Positions 1 through 7,167 are shown, counted from the stretch's first letter. The stretch is 64,000 nt of DNA from an uncultured virus (IMG/VR IMGVR_UViG_3300027782_000069) (IMGVR_UViG_3300027782_000069), one strand, 5' to 3'. The notes: generated by a model from the letters alone, not told the origin. Program-made: numbers and translations.

Positions 1-2
1 CC

Positions 3-356
3 ATGACTGCCACCTTCGCTGACTACGCTGCCCAGCAAACCGCCCGCAACACCATTCAGTTGAATGTTGTTAAGTATGGTCTGATGTTGTGTGATGCTCT
101 CATTCAAAATGCTCCTGATGGTTATGGTTACGAACTGAATTCTTCGGGCACAAAGTATCACAAAATCTTTATGTGCATCGATGGTCGTCGTGATAGTATT
201 CATGCTTTCATTGATAAGAAAACTGGTGAAGTTTACAAACCCGCCAGCATCAAAGCACCCGCTAAAGGTGTTCGTTATGATCTTCGTTTGATTGAGCAAC
301 GTGAATGGTTGTTTCAACACGCTGACTGGGCAGGTTCCTATCTTTACGCAAAATGA
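3..356 (+). CDS. conserved phage hypothetical protein
   Basis: 117-aa ORF; HAFIDKKTGEVYKPASxKAPAKGVRY motif resembles conserved unknown proteins of large myophages. Confidence 0.75.
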   Translation: MTATFADYAAQQTARNTIQLNVVKYGLMLCDALIQNAPDGYGYELNSSGTKYHKIFMCIDGRRDSIHAFIDKKTGEVYKPASIKAPAKGVRYDLRLIEQREWLFQHADWAGSYLYAK

Positions 357-448
357 TTACTTTTCTTTCCTGGTGGTTTGTTGCATCAATCGTTGCAACT
401 GGTATTAACTATGTTCTGATGCAATTTACTGATGATGACGACGACTGA
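353..448 (+). CDS. 31-aa membrane peptide with acidic tail (not in ORF track)
   Basis: ATGA overlap with upstream stop; MITFLSWWFVASIVATGINYVLMQFTDDDDD. Confidence 0.5.
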   Translation: MITFLSWWFVASIVATGINYVLMQFTDDDDD

Positions 449-493
449 CAAACTGATCTTTATTTCATCATTCATTTGGTTCTTACATTGGTC

Positions 494-973
494 ATGCAAT
501 CTGTCATTGAAATTAATGGTTATGGTTATCGCAAGCGGATCTGTGAGGATGTTACCTCTTGGTTTCTGAATCAGTTTTTTCCACGACATAAACTCTATGT
601 TGAAATATTGCATCGTGGTCTGAAACGTGAAGGTGTGTATGGTTATTGTGATTATACAGGTGAATCCTATCGTCCACGGGAGTTTCTGATTGAATTGGAT
701 ACTTGGATGAATGAGGAACTGTATATAAAAACTCTGTTGCACGAACTGGTTCATTTACAACAGTGGGTGACTGGAACTCTTCGCAGCAAACGTGGTAAGA
801 GGTATTATAATTCCATTAATGTAGATGACATTGAATACTGGGATCAACCCCATGAAATAGAGGCACGGGAACAAGAAGGAAAGTTATATCTGAAATATTT
901 GAGTGCAAGGACTCCTGTGCCAGTTTTTCAAGTGGCGCACTGGTTTCCGAATCGCTTGTGCTCTGCCCTATAA
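494..973 (+). CDS. putative zinc metallopeptidase (HExxH)
   Basis: TLLHELVHLQQ zincin motif with downstream PHEIEA; ATG at 494 preferred over TTG at 476. Confidence 0.7.
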   Translation: MQSVIEINGYGYRKRICEDVTSWFLNQFFPRHKLYVEILHRGLKREGVYGYCDYTGESYRPREFLIELDTWMNEELYIKTLLHELVHLQQWVTGTLRSKRGKRYYNSINVDDIEYWDQPHEIEAREQEGKLYLKYLSARTPVPVFQVAHWFPNRLCSAL

Positions 974-974
974 T
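916..974 (+). promoter_or_regulatory. palindrome-type early promoter element
   Basis: TGTGCCA-N10-TGGCGCA (916-939), 29 nt, TATAAT (969-974). Confidence 0.7.
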
Positions 975-1049
975 AAGAAGGTAATCGAGGCACTGCTTTT
1001 CACAATGAAACTTCAATCCACGACTGGCACACTGACTAAGGAAACTCAA

Positions 1050-1232
1050 ATGACTTCATCTTCTGGACGCATTGGTTTTACTGGTGCTCTGACTCTTCTG
1101 TTTATTGGACTCAAACTGTGTAATGTGATTCATTGGTCCTGGTTGTGGGTATTATCTCCCATCTGGATTGATATATTGCTTGCTCTTGCTATTCTTTCTG
1201 TTGCCGCCCTTATTACTCTTCTTCTCAAATGA
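1050..1232 (+). CDS. small two-helix membrane protein
   Basis: LTLLFIGLKLCNVIHWSWLWVLSPIW hydrophobic motif common in phage membrane proteins; AGGA upstream. Confidence 0.7.
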   Translation: MTSSSGRIGFTGALTLLFIGLKLCNVIHWSWLWVLSPIWIDILLALAILSVAALITLLLK

Positions 1233-1387
1233 AAATCACTCATCTATATCTACTTGCGATTGGTCTTCTGATGTATATGTCTTATTCACAACGTCATAGT
1301 GATCAGAGGCAAAGGCAACAAGAAGCAGAGGTTCATCGCCAGTTCTGTGCATCATATACTTTTCATCCCGATTGTTCTTCAAAGTAA
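1229..1387 (+). CDS. 52-aa hypothetical protein with N-terminal hydrophobic segment (not in ORF track)
   Basis: ATGA overlap; MKITHLYLLAIGLLMYMSYS...FCASYTFHPDCSSK fills the gap between neighbours. Confidence 0.55.
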   Translation: MKITHLYLLAIGLLMYMSYSQRHSDQRQRQQEAEVHRQFCASYTFHPDCSSK

Positions 1388-1388
1388 C

Positions 1389-1598
1389 ATGACACTTTCT
1401 AACGCCACAATCATCAAACTTGCAGATGCTCTCAGTGATGATGTTGCATCTTATATTACTCAAGATGAACGTTTCTTTGATCTGATGGTAGAGTTGATTC
1501 CTGATGCGATTCATGCTAAATTGGGTGATGTAGATGTTCAGATTGCCGCAGAACTTTCGATGTGTATATCCGAACGGATTGCGCTCAAATCTTATTAG
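1389..1598 (+). CDS. hypothetical protein
   Basis: ATG 1 nt after previous stop; MTLSNATIIKLADAL... Confidence 0.65.
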   Translation: MTLSNATIIKLADALSDDVASYITQDERFFDLMVELIPDAIHAKLGDVDVQIAAELSMCISERIALKSY

Positions 1599-1601
1599 AT
1601 T

Positions 1602-1805
1602 ATGAATAACGAAGATCTACAATCATTCATCACTGCATTTGACGATTTTATGAAACACTTTGAAACTGAAGAACTTTACTATGAAGGACGTAAGGTTTAT
1701 GAGAATCATCGTGCCGAAGCACGTAGGATTCAAGAACAAGAGATTGAATCCAAGGCAGCAGAGTTGGAGGTCACCTGCGACTATTATATGATGGAGTTTA
1801 TGTAA
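1602..1805 (+). CDS. acidic hypothetical protein
   Basis: tightly packed ORF ending KAAELEVTCDYYMMEFM. Confidence 0.7.
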   Translation: MNNEDLQSFITAFDDFMKHFETEELYYEGRKVYENHRAEARRIQEQEIESKAAELEVTCDYYMMEFM

Positions 1806-2041
1806 TGAATCTCTACATTCTCAATGACGTTCTCTCCGATTACACTTCTGGAATGTGTGTAATCGCTGGCGAATCTATGCTTCAGTGCAAAGACCTCTTT
1901 ATGAAAGAGTTTGGATCCGAATTTGATTCTGAATGGATCAATCAGAATAGACAACAAGAGTTTGATAATGCTAGCATCAAGGTGATTGAAGGTGTGAATC
2001 ATCCTGCTGGTGTTGTTGATTATGTGCATGGTGGAGGTTGA
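1805..2041 (+). CDS. hypothetical protein
   Basis: TAATG coupling, GGAG upstream. Confidence 0.7.
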   Translation: MNLYILNDVLSDYTSGMCVIAGESMLQCKDLFMKEFGSEFDSEWINQNRQQEFDNASIKVIEGVNHPAGVVDYVHGGG

Positions 2042-2042
2042 A

Positions 2043-2213
2043 ATGAATCAAAGAACCAAACTTCTCTTTACACTGCAACAAGTCGAAGATATTATCAAAC
2101 TCATCAAGAATAATGAGTTTGAGGAATATTTTACTTCACATCTGATTCCAGTTCAAGTTGAACTCAATCGACAGTTGACAAATCTCAAACAATCTATTAC
2201 AATACAGAAGTAA
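2043..2213 (+). CDS. hypothetical protein
   Basis: GGAGG upstream of ATG 2043. Confidence 0.65.
   Translation: MNQRTKLLFTLQQVEDIIKLIKNNEFEEYFTSHLIPVQVELNRQLTNLKQSITIQK
2175..2203 (+). promoter_or_regulatory. sigma70-type promoter
   Basis: TTGACA-17 nt-TACAAT upstream of ORF 2227. Confidence 0.75.
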
Positions 2214-2226
2214 CTTATCCAAAGAA

Positions 2227-2457
2227 ATGAAATCGCTTTACATTGTTGATTACTGGGTTCCTTTTCCATCTTCCGAATATGGTGGAGTGATTAATCTGAT
2301 TGCAGAGAATGATACCGAGGCATTTAGACTTTTATCTCAAGAGGAATCATATGATGGCAGGTATGTGGATCGGATTATGCCCAATGTAATCAGTGCTCAG
2401 AAGTTTGTTCTTCAGGATGATTATGAGTCTGGTATTATTGATTCCTTTACGACATGA
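2227..2457 (+). CDS. hypothetical protein
   Basis: 76-aa ORF directly after promoter; YIVDYWVPFPSSEYGG. Confidence 0.7.
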   Translation: MKSLYIVDYWVPFPSSEYGGVINLIAENDTEAFRLLSQEESYDGRYVDRIMPNVISAQKFVLQDDYESGIIDSFTT

Positions 2458-2735
2458 TTATAGAGTTTCCACACAAGGCACCTCAGGGTTATAGTTATGA
2501 GTTTGAAGTTTTTAATACTCGCACTATTGCTATATGGTTGCGCTGCCATCGTGAGTTTGATTATAATATGGGAAAATCAACTCGGACGATCTGGGGATTC
2601 TATGCACCAAAGAAGAACTGCTACTATGCTCCTATTAATTCAACCAAGCAAGGAGATCAAGTAGATATTCAGGATACTCGACCTTATAGTGCAATGCAAA
2701 TTCATCAAACACCATTAGAGGCAGCATTTGGATGA
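2454..2735 (+). CDS. hypothetical protein
   Basis: ATGA-coupled 93-aa ORF. Confidence 0.7.
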   Translation: MIIEFPHKAPQGYSYEFEVFNTRTIAIWLRCHREFDYNMGKSTRTIWGFYAPKKNCYYAPINSTKQGDQVDIQDTRPYSAMQIHQTPLEAAFG

Positions 2736-2914
2736 CTTTCTATCGTGGTTTAGGTGTGACTTATAATGAGCACATTGGTAAGGTTGATTTTGTTTCTACT
2801 CAGTATATTACGGTGTGTATTCAACAGTCCGAGGAAAGATCAAGAGATGTGTGTATTTTAGTTTATCCTCATCAATGGAAAGATGTTCGCTTGTTGAAGG
2901 AATCTGAAAAATGA
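2732..2914 (+). CDS. hypothetical protein
   Basis: ATGA-coupled 60-aa ORF. Confidence 0.65.
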   Translation: MTFYRGLGVTYNEHIGKVDFVSTQYITVCIQQSEERSRDVCILVYPHQWKDVRLLKESEK

Positions 2915-3120
2915 AACATCAGACAATGTGGAGATGGTGGTCAAAAGCGTTAGGTGAGAAAGCATCCAAGTGTGATAGGGAGAGTGATAAGATCTCCATC
3001 ATACGAACCTTTATCTTTCTCACTTATCTAATCACTAATCTCTTTATTGTTGCTGGTGTTATTCGACACTGGAATGATAATCAACCTATTCATTATGAAG
3101 TATCAAGTAGTCTATCTTAA
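2911..3120 (+). CDS. small membrane protein
   Basis: ATGA-coupled; WRWWSKALGEKA followed by one TM segment. Confidence 0.65.
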   Translation: MKHQTMWRWWSKALGEKASKCDRESDKISIIRTFIFLTYLITNLFIVAGVIRHWNDNQPIHYEVSSSLS

Positions 3121-3247
3121 ACCAAAGAAGAAAGGAGTTTATTCTAAACAAGTGGCGACGTTTCTTACTATTGAGGATGCAAGTTTCTGGGAACAGGTGA
3201 TTCGGAGGCAGGGATGTAAGGAGAGTGAGATTGTGCCAGTTTTGTAG
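3095..3247 (+). CDS. hypothetical protein
   Basis: MKYQVVYLKPKKKG...; last ORF before the non-coding tract. Confidence 0.6.
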   Translation: MKYQVVYLKPKKKGVYSKQVATFLTIEDASFWEQVIRRQGCKESEIVPVL

Positions 3248-3368
3248 CGATTTATACCAAAAAAAGGTTAAATTGTATTAATAAATGTATTAAAAAACAT
3301 TATGTTGTGTTTTTCATGTGTTCTCAATAGTGTTATATTATTGAGAATCAATAGTGTCTTTATTGAGA

Positions 3369-3466
3369 ATAAATGCCTCTGAGTCTTCTTATAAATGCCT
3401 CTGAGTCTTGTATCTTTTAAACCCTATAAATGCCTCTGAGTCTTCTTATAAATGCCTCTGAGTCTT
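3369..3466 (+). repeat. four exact 19-bp direct repeats ATAAATGCCTCTGAGTCTT (iteron-like)
   Basis: copies start at 3369, 3391, 3426 and 3448 (spacing 22, 35, 22). Confidence 0.95.
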
Positions 3467-3478
3467 GTGACCTAAGCG

Positions 3479-3507
3479 AGCGTAGCATAAGACGCGCAGT
3501 TTGTCAA
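3479..3507 (-). promoter_or_regulatory. minus-strand sigma70-type promoter pointing into the repeats
   Basis: reverse complement reads TTGACA-17 nt-TACGCT with an extended TG. Confidence 0.6.
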
Positions 3508-3544
3508 GTCTCACCGCCGCGAAAATCTCCCAGAACCCACACAG

Positions 3545-3826
3545 ATCTCGACGAGACATTATGAACCTATAATAAGATCATTATGTGAGAATCTCGACGA
3601 GAATACACACAAAAACACATAAATCTCGACGAGAGCACATATATACACATAACAATCTCGACGAGACGCTAGGTTTTATGCTTGCATCTAGTCGAGATCT
3701 GTGCTATACTTAAACCGAACATTCAATCTCGACGAGGATTATGTACGACGACTACGATCTCGACTACACAGTCTCATACGATTACGGACAGGATCTCGAA
3801 GAGTACTCACAGGATCTCGACGAGGA
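3545..3826. repeat. cluster 1 of the ATCTCG-A-CGAGA(T) palindrome
   Basis: copies at 3545, 3591, 3623, 3655, 3686 (ATCTAGTCGAGAT), 3726, and further copies inside ORF 3741. Confidence 0.9.
3682..3710 (+). promoter_or_regulatory. sigma70-type promoter with a palindrome in its spacer
   Basis: TTGCAT-17 nt-TATACT with extended TG; spacer carries ATCTAGTCGAGAT. Confidence 0.65.
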
Positions 3827-3881
3827 TTATACACGAGATGCACACGATTATGAATCGCTTGCATATCGCCACTACGCATGA
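3741..3881 (+). CDS. 46-aa Asp/Tyr-rich acidic protein (not in ORF track)
   Basis: GAGG SD; MYDDYDLDYTVSYDYGQDLEEYSQDLDEDYTRDAHDYESLAYRHYA. Confidence 0.65.
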   Translation: MYDDYDLDYTVSYDYGQDLEEYSQDLDEDYTRDAHDYESLAYRHYA

Positions 3882-3910
3882 TAGAATCTAGACACATCGC
3901 ACGAGACACC

Positions 3911-4060
3911 ATGATCGCACAAAAGCGCCTTGTACAAGTTACACTAGACATCATGTGCTATGATGATCTAGATGTGGAGTATATCAATTGGCGAGACCTA
4001 TTGAAACTCGAAGGTGATGAGGATATTCATTGTAGCGTTAAGGAATACGATCCTTTTTGA
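3911..4060 (+). CDS. acidic hypothetical protein
   Basis: MIAQKRLVQVTLDIMCYDDLD...; alternative start at 3878. Confidence 0.6.
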   Translation: MIAQKRLVQVTLDIMCYDDLDVEYINWRDLLKLEGDEDIHCSVKEYDPF

Positions 4061-4063
4061 TTT

Positions 4064-4101
4064 TGTGCCAGTTCAAAAATTGGCACAAAGTTATATAAAT
4101 A
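4064..4101 (+). promoter_or_regulatory. perfect TGTGCCA-N10-TGGCACA palindrome plus T4 late promoter
   Basis: palindrome 4064-4087; TATAAATA 4094-4101. Confidence 0.7.
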
Positions 4102-4102
4102 A

Positions 4103-4304
4103 TAGCACTTAAGATCTTATAACATAGGGCAGCTCTTGAATTCTCCTACGGGATCCAGAATCAATCTGACAGATATAAGAACTGAGTGCTAGAGTTTAAT
4201 AGGTTAACAGGGTTTAACTATAGGTTTCCCGATATACCAAATGCGGTCGGAATAGAATATCACTAACTCTTGTTTTTGAAGTGTCAAAAATAGGAGGGTT
4301 TTTT
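4103..4304 (+). ncRNA. candidate structured non-coding RNA
   Basis: ORF-free; nested stems, a cUACGg tetraloop, and a terminal hairpin (4267-4296) followed by a U-run. Confidence 0.45.
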
Positions 4305-4323
4305 GGTGTCTGGATATTATCGA

Positions 4324-4400
4324 TGTGCCAGTTGTAGGAGTGGCACAAACATTCACCGCTGGGGTTTGTTTGCGGTTATGTTGGTTTCGTTCCTGAGAAA
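4324..4400 (+). promoter_or_regulatory. palindrome-type early promoter element (family A, degenerate)
   Basis: TGTGCCA-N10-TGGCACA 4324-4347, 29 nt, TATGTT, then TTCGTTCCTGAGA leader. Confidence 0.7.
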
Positions 4401-4408
4401 AGCACCAA

Positions 4409-4645
4409 ATGCGCTCCGTTAAGGTTCATCCTGAGAAGAGCATTCGTTTCACCAAAGATGCTGCATTCTGGTGTGAGATGATTAATCTTTACAAGAAAAT
4501 TTATCCCACCCATTCTTTCAAACAAATCTCAGAACATTTCAAGTTGAGTGAGACAAATACCCGTAGATATTACTATGGGATTCATCACTATAATTGCAAT
4601 AATGGATATACTCAACTGCGCCGAGGTGCCTGTGTGACAATCTGA
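4409..4645 (+). CDS. hypothetical protein, possible helix-turn-helix
   Basis: SFKQISEHFKLSETNTRRYY resembles an HTH pattern. Confidence 0.55.
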   Translation: MRSVKVHPEKSIRFTKDAAFWCEMINLYKKIYPTHSFKQISEHFKLSETNTRRYYYGIHHYNCNNGYTQLRRGACVTI

Positions 4646-4708
4646 TAACTGGCACAAGGGGTGTTGATTAATCCCCCGATCCGTTCTACATTACCTTTGT
4701 TCCTGAGA
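4633..4708 (+). promoter_or_regulatory. palindrome-type early promoter element (family A)
   Basis: TGTGACA-N10-TGGCACA, 30 nt, TACATT 4687-4692, leader with 2 mismatches to the family A consensus. Confidence 0.75.
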
Positions 4709-4714
4709 AATCCA

Positions 4715-4921
4715 ATGACTTTTGTCATCTCCAAACTCAACAATTGCACCTACAAACTGGATGCAAACAATCAACGGGTTTTGATGTATGCTCCCCTGCT
4801 GCCTGATGGTTCATATGAAACCGCAGGATCTGCCTATGATTGGGTAGAATGGGATCGCCTGGATGGTGATATCCTGGCAGAGGCAGATCGCATTCACAAA
4901 CTATTGCTGGAGGCAGTTTGA
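4715..4921 (+). CDS. hypothetical protein
   Basis: ATG follows the repeated leader; MTFVISKLNNCTYKLD... Confidence 0.65.
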   Translation: MTFVISKLNNCTYKLDANNQRVLMYAPLLPDGSYETAGSAYDWVEWDRLDGDILAEADRIHKLLLEAV

Positions 4922-5118
4922 TGGAATTCATTAATTACGTTCGTTCTTTCTATGGACCTGGTGGCATTTATGATATGAATGTTACTGATGCTATGATCAT
5001 CGATGCCACCATACAATACCTTACTACAGAAGGCATATGTTGGTGTAACGGTGATAGTACCGATCGTGAGATGGTACGTGACATTTTGATCGAACGCTTC
5101 GGGTGTGTGCCAACCTGA
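4921..5118 (+). CDS. hypothetical protein
   Basis: TGATG coupling, GGAGG SD; FINYVRSFYGPGGIY...GDSTDREMVRDIL. Confidence 0.7.
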   Translation: MEFINYVRSFYGPGGIYDMNVTDAMIIDATIQYLTTEGICWCNGDSTDREMVRDILIERFGCVPT

Positions 5119-5181
5119 GAACTGGCACAGACCCGCTAGACTTCCTGCCCAATCCGTTCTACATTACATTCGTTCCTGAGA
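5106..5181 (+). promoter_or_regulatory. palindrome-type early promoter element (family A)
   Basis: TGTGCCA-N10-TGGCACA 5106-5129; TAGACT-17 nt-TACATT; exact 30-mer ATCCGTTCTACATTACATTCGTTCCTGAGA. Confidence 0.8.
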
Positions 5182-5190
5182 GACAAACCA

Positions 5191-5661
5191 ATGCTGACTG
5201 GCAACTCCCTTCTGACCCTGGTTGATGAAATGCAGGCACAAGAACCTCCTGTTAAGATGTCTGATATCGTTCGTGCCTGTGGGTATGAGATCGAAGGTAA
5301 ACTGAAGTATACTGAATTCTACACGGAGTTGCTGACTGTGAAAGGTTTGATTGACAAGAAAGAATCTGCAGATATCTCTGATGAGAATCAGGAACTGTAT
5401 GATGAACTTTCTAATCGTTATGGTGAGGATGCCATTGATGCATTCCTGGAGATCTATGATGAGGATGACCTGGGTAACTTTGAAGATGCCTATCAGGGTG
5501 GTTATGAATCGGAGGCAGATTTTGCCGAACAGTTTACCACTGACTGCTACGGTTTGGATATCCCTTCGTTCGTAATCGTTGATTGGGAAGCAACCTGGTA
5601 TCAGGGACTTCGTTATGATTACGATTTCCAGGATGGGTTCGTGTTCGGTAAGAACTGGTAG
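5191..5661 (+). CDS. AbrB-like N-terminus fused to an ArdA-like antirestriction domain
   Basis: LTGxxLL...SDIVRACGY...YTEFYTELL..KG resembles cyanobacterial AbrB-like N-termini; FEDAYQGxYESEADFAE...VDWEATW...DGFVF resembles the ArdA C-terminus; very acidic. Confidence 0.6.
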   Translation: MLTGNSLLTLVDEMQAQEPPVKMSDIVRACGYEIEGKLKYTEFYTELLTVKGLIDKKESADISDENQELYDELSNRYGEDAIDAFLEIYDEDDLGNFEDAYQGGYESEADFAEQFTTDCYGLDIPSFVIVDWEATWYQGLRYDYDFQDGFVFGKNW

Positions 5662-5850
5662 ATCTCGACGAGATGTGTGTGTGATCTCGACTAGATTGCA
5701 CACACATTTATCATAACTCGACGAGATACATACGATATCATACATCTCGACGCACATCTGACGAGATCACATCATACACACACATCTCGATATACTACAC
5801 GAAGACATACATATGTGCTAGAATGTGTGTGTATGATGTGATCTCGTCAG
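5662..5850. repeat. cluster 2 of the ATCTCG-A-CGAGAT palindrome, including a perfect 28-bp inverted repeat
   Basis: copies at 5662, 5684, 5717, 5744; IR arms 5758-5785 and 5823-5850. Confidence 0.9.
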
Positions 5851-6093
5851 GCACCCACCTGAGCCCGCCTTATGTGCAAGAATATGTGCTTCACCCCACT
5901 CACCCCTCCCCACACCATCTAGATGTGCTTTAATTATTATTCTCAATAACAACTCCTTATTGAGAATACAATATACCTTATAGAGGAAAGGGTTTGCCTA
6001 CAGGTTGGAAACACTGATTATCGCAATCCGACCGACAAAGTTACCCAGGTTGAGTGAGATATAATATTAAACTTAAGTGTAGAGTGGGTGACT

Positions 6094-6127
6094 ATAGGGG
6101 AGGGGTGGTGCCCTTCCCTATTTTTTT
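6094..6127 (+). terminator. intrinsic terminator
   Basis: ATAGGGGAGGG...CCCTTCCCTAT followed by a T-run. Confidence 0.7.
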
Positions 6128-6254
6128 ATCTAATGAGTCTTATAAGGACCTCTGATGTTAAGCATTGCAACAATTCCTTGACCTAGGTGCCTGCTGCCGT
6201 ATGATGGATCCGTGGCGGGACATTCTCTACATTTTCCCTCGCCACCAAAGAATA

Positions 6255-6515
6255 ATGAAACTGTTCGCTTTCAAGTTCACTCAAACTCTGATTCTGAATG
6301 TTGCTACCATCGCTGCAATTGTTGTGGGTTTGTATCAGTTTGCTGTTCGTGCCTACAATGACAACAATGGTGCAGAAAAAACACGTAAGGTGATGCAAAC
6401 CGTGCTGATGTTCGTTGACACTCTGCTGCAGTATGGTAAGGTATATTTTGCCGAACCTGCTCCCGCTCCTGTGCCAATCCGTAAGGTGGCACAGCGCCGC
6501 ACTAAAGTTGCCTGA
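6255..6515 (+). CDS. membrane-anchored hypothetical protein
   Basis: TM segment LILNVATIAAIVVGLY; possible promoter TTGACC-16-TATGAT at 6178-6205. Confidence 0.6.
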   Translation: MKLFAFKFTQTLILNVATIAAIVVGLYQFAVRAYNDNNGAEKTRKVMQTVLMFVDTLLQYGKVYFAEPAPAPVPIRKVAQRRTKVA

Positions 6516-6544
6516 TCCGTTCTACATTACATTCGTTCCTGAGA
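6470..6544 (+). promoter_or_regulatory. palindrome-type early promoter element (family A)
   Basis: TGTGCCA-N10-TGGCACA 6470-6493, 29 nt, TACATT; exact family A 30-mer at 6515. Confidence 0.8.
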
Positions 6545-6553
6545 CACCCCACT

Positions 6554-6682
6554 ATGTTTGACGAACTCTGGCAGGAGATTCAAGACTCCCCTGGTGAGAT
6601 CTTTGATATTCCTGAACTTCGTGATCTGGAAGAAGAGAAGTTCAATGTTAATGAATATCTAAACTCTGATTACGATTATTGA
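6554..6682 (+). CDS. 42-aa acidic protein (not in ORF track)
   Basis: MFDELWQEIQDSPGEIFDIPELRDLEEEKFNVNEYLNSDYDY directly after the leader. Confidence 0.65.
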   Translation: MFDELWQEIQDSPGEIFDIPELRDLEEEKFNVNEYLNSDYDY

Positions 6683-6686
6683 AACT

Positions 6687-6833
6687 ATGGAAGTTCTAGA
6701 ACTAAACCAAGCAGAGATTCGTGCCCTGCTGGACCTCATTGAGTTTCACGATGATTGGGATGAATGCAGTGAACAACTGGGGGTGAACGTTGCCCTGCTT
6801 TATGACAAAGTTTCCGCACTTGTAACCTACTGA
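6687..6833 (+). CDS. 48-aa acidic protein (not in ORF track)
   Basis: MEVLELNQAEIRALLDLIEFHDDWDE...; tightly packed. Confidence 0.6.
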   Translation: MEVLELNQAEIRALLDLIEFHDDWDECSEQLGVNVALLYDKVSALVTY

Positions 6834-6961
6834 TGACACCTGAAACATACACTTTCACTGGCGACACTGTTACCTTCCTTGGGTTGGTTGGTGTCATCTC
6901 CACTGCTATTATCGTGGTTACAGTGTTCCGTTCCTATTACAATTCACCCCTAAGAAAATGA
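6833..6961 (+). CDS. 42-aa single-TM protein (not in ORF track)
   Basis: TGATG coupling; MTPETYTFTGDTVTFLGLVGVISTAIIVVTVFRSYYNSPLRK. Confidence 0.6.
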   Translation: MTPETYTFTGDTVTFLGLVGVISTAIIVVTVFRSYYNSPLRK

Positions 6962-7167
6962 CACTTACCACCGAACAATTCAACAAGTTTGTTGAGAACT
7001 ACGTTTCACTTATCATGGAGGGAATGGATTCAGAATCCATTGAAATGATGGTCTATGATTTACTTGTTAAAGAGTACAAGACTTATACTGAAGAGGAGAT
7101 TGTTGGTGAGATTAAAGAACTTTATAGTGATGAACTTGCTGCTGATTTAATGGAGGGTAACTGGTGA
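6958..7167 (+). CDS. acidic hypothetical protein
   Basis: ATGA-coupled 69-aa ORF. Confidence 0.65.
   Translation: MTLTTEQFNKFVENYVSLIMEGMDSESIEMMVYDLLVKEYKTYTEEEIVGEIKELYSDELAADLMEGNW

Noticed and set aside
3369..3466. Mini-CRISPR or tandem late promoters
   Set aside because: Spacers are 3, 16 and 3 nt. The TATAAATG core deviates from TATAAATA and no gene follows directly.
3545..3736. CRISPR array
   Set aside because: Repeats are only 12-13 bp, the spacers are short, low-complexity and similar to each other, and there are no cas genes in the window.
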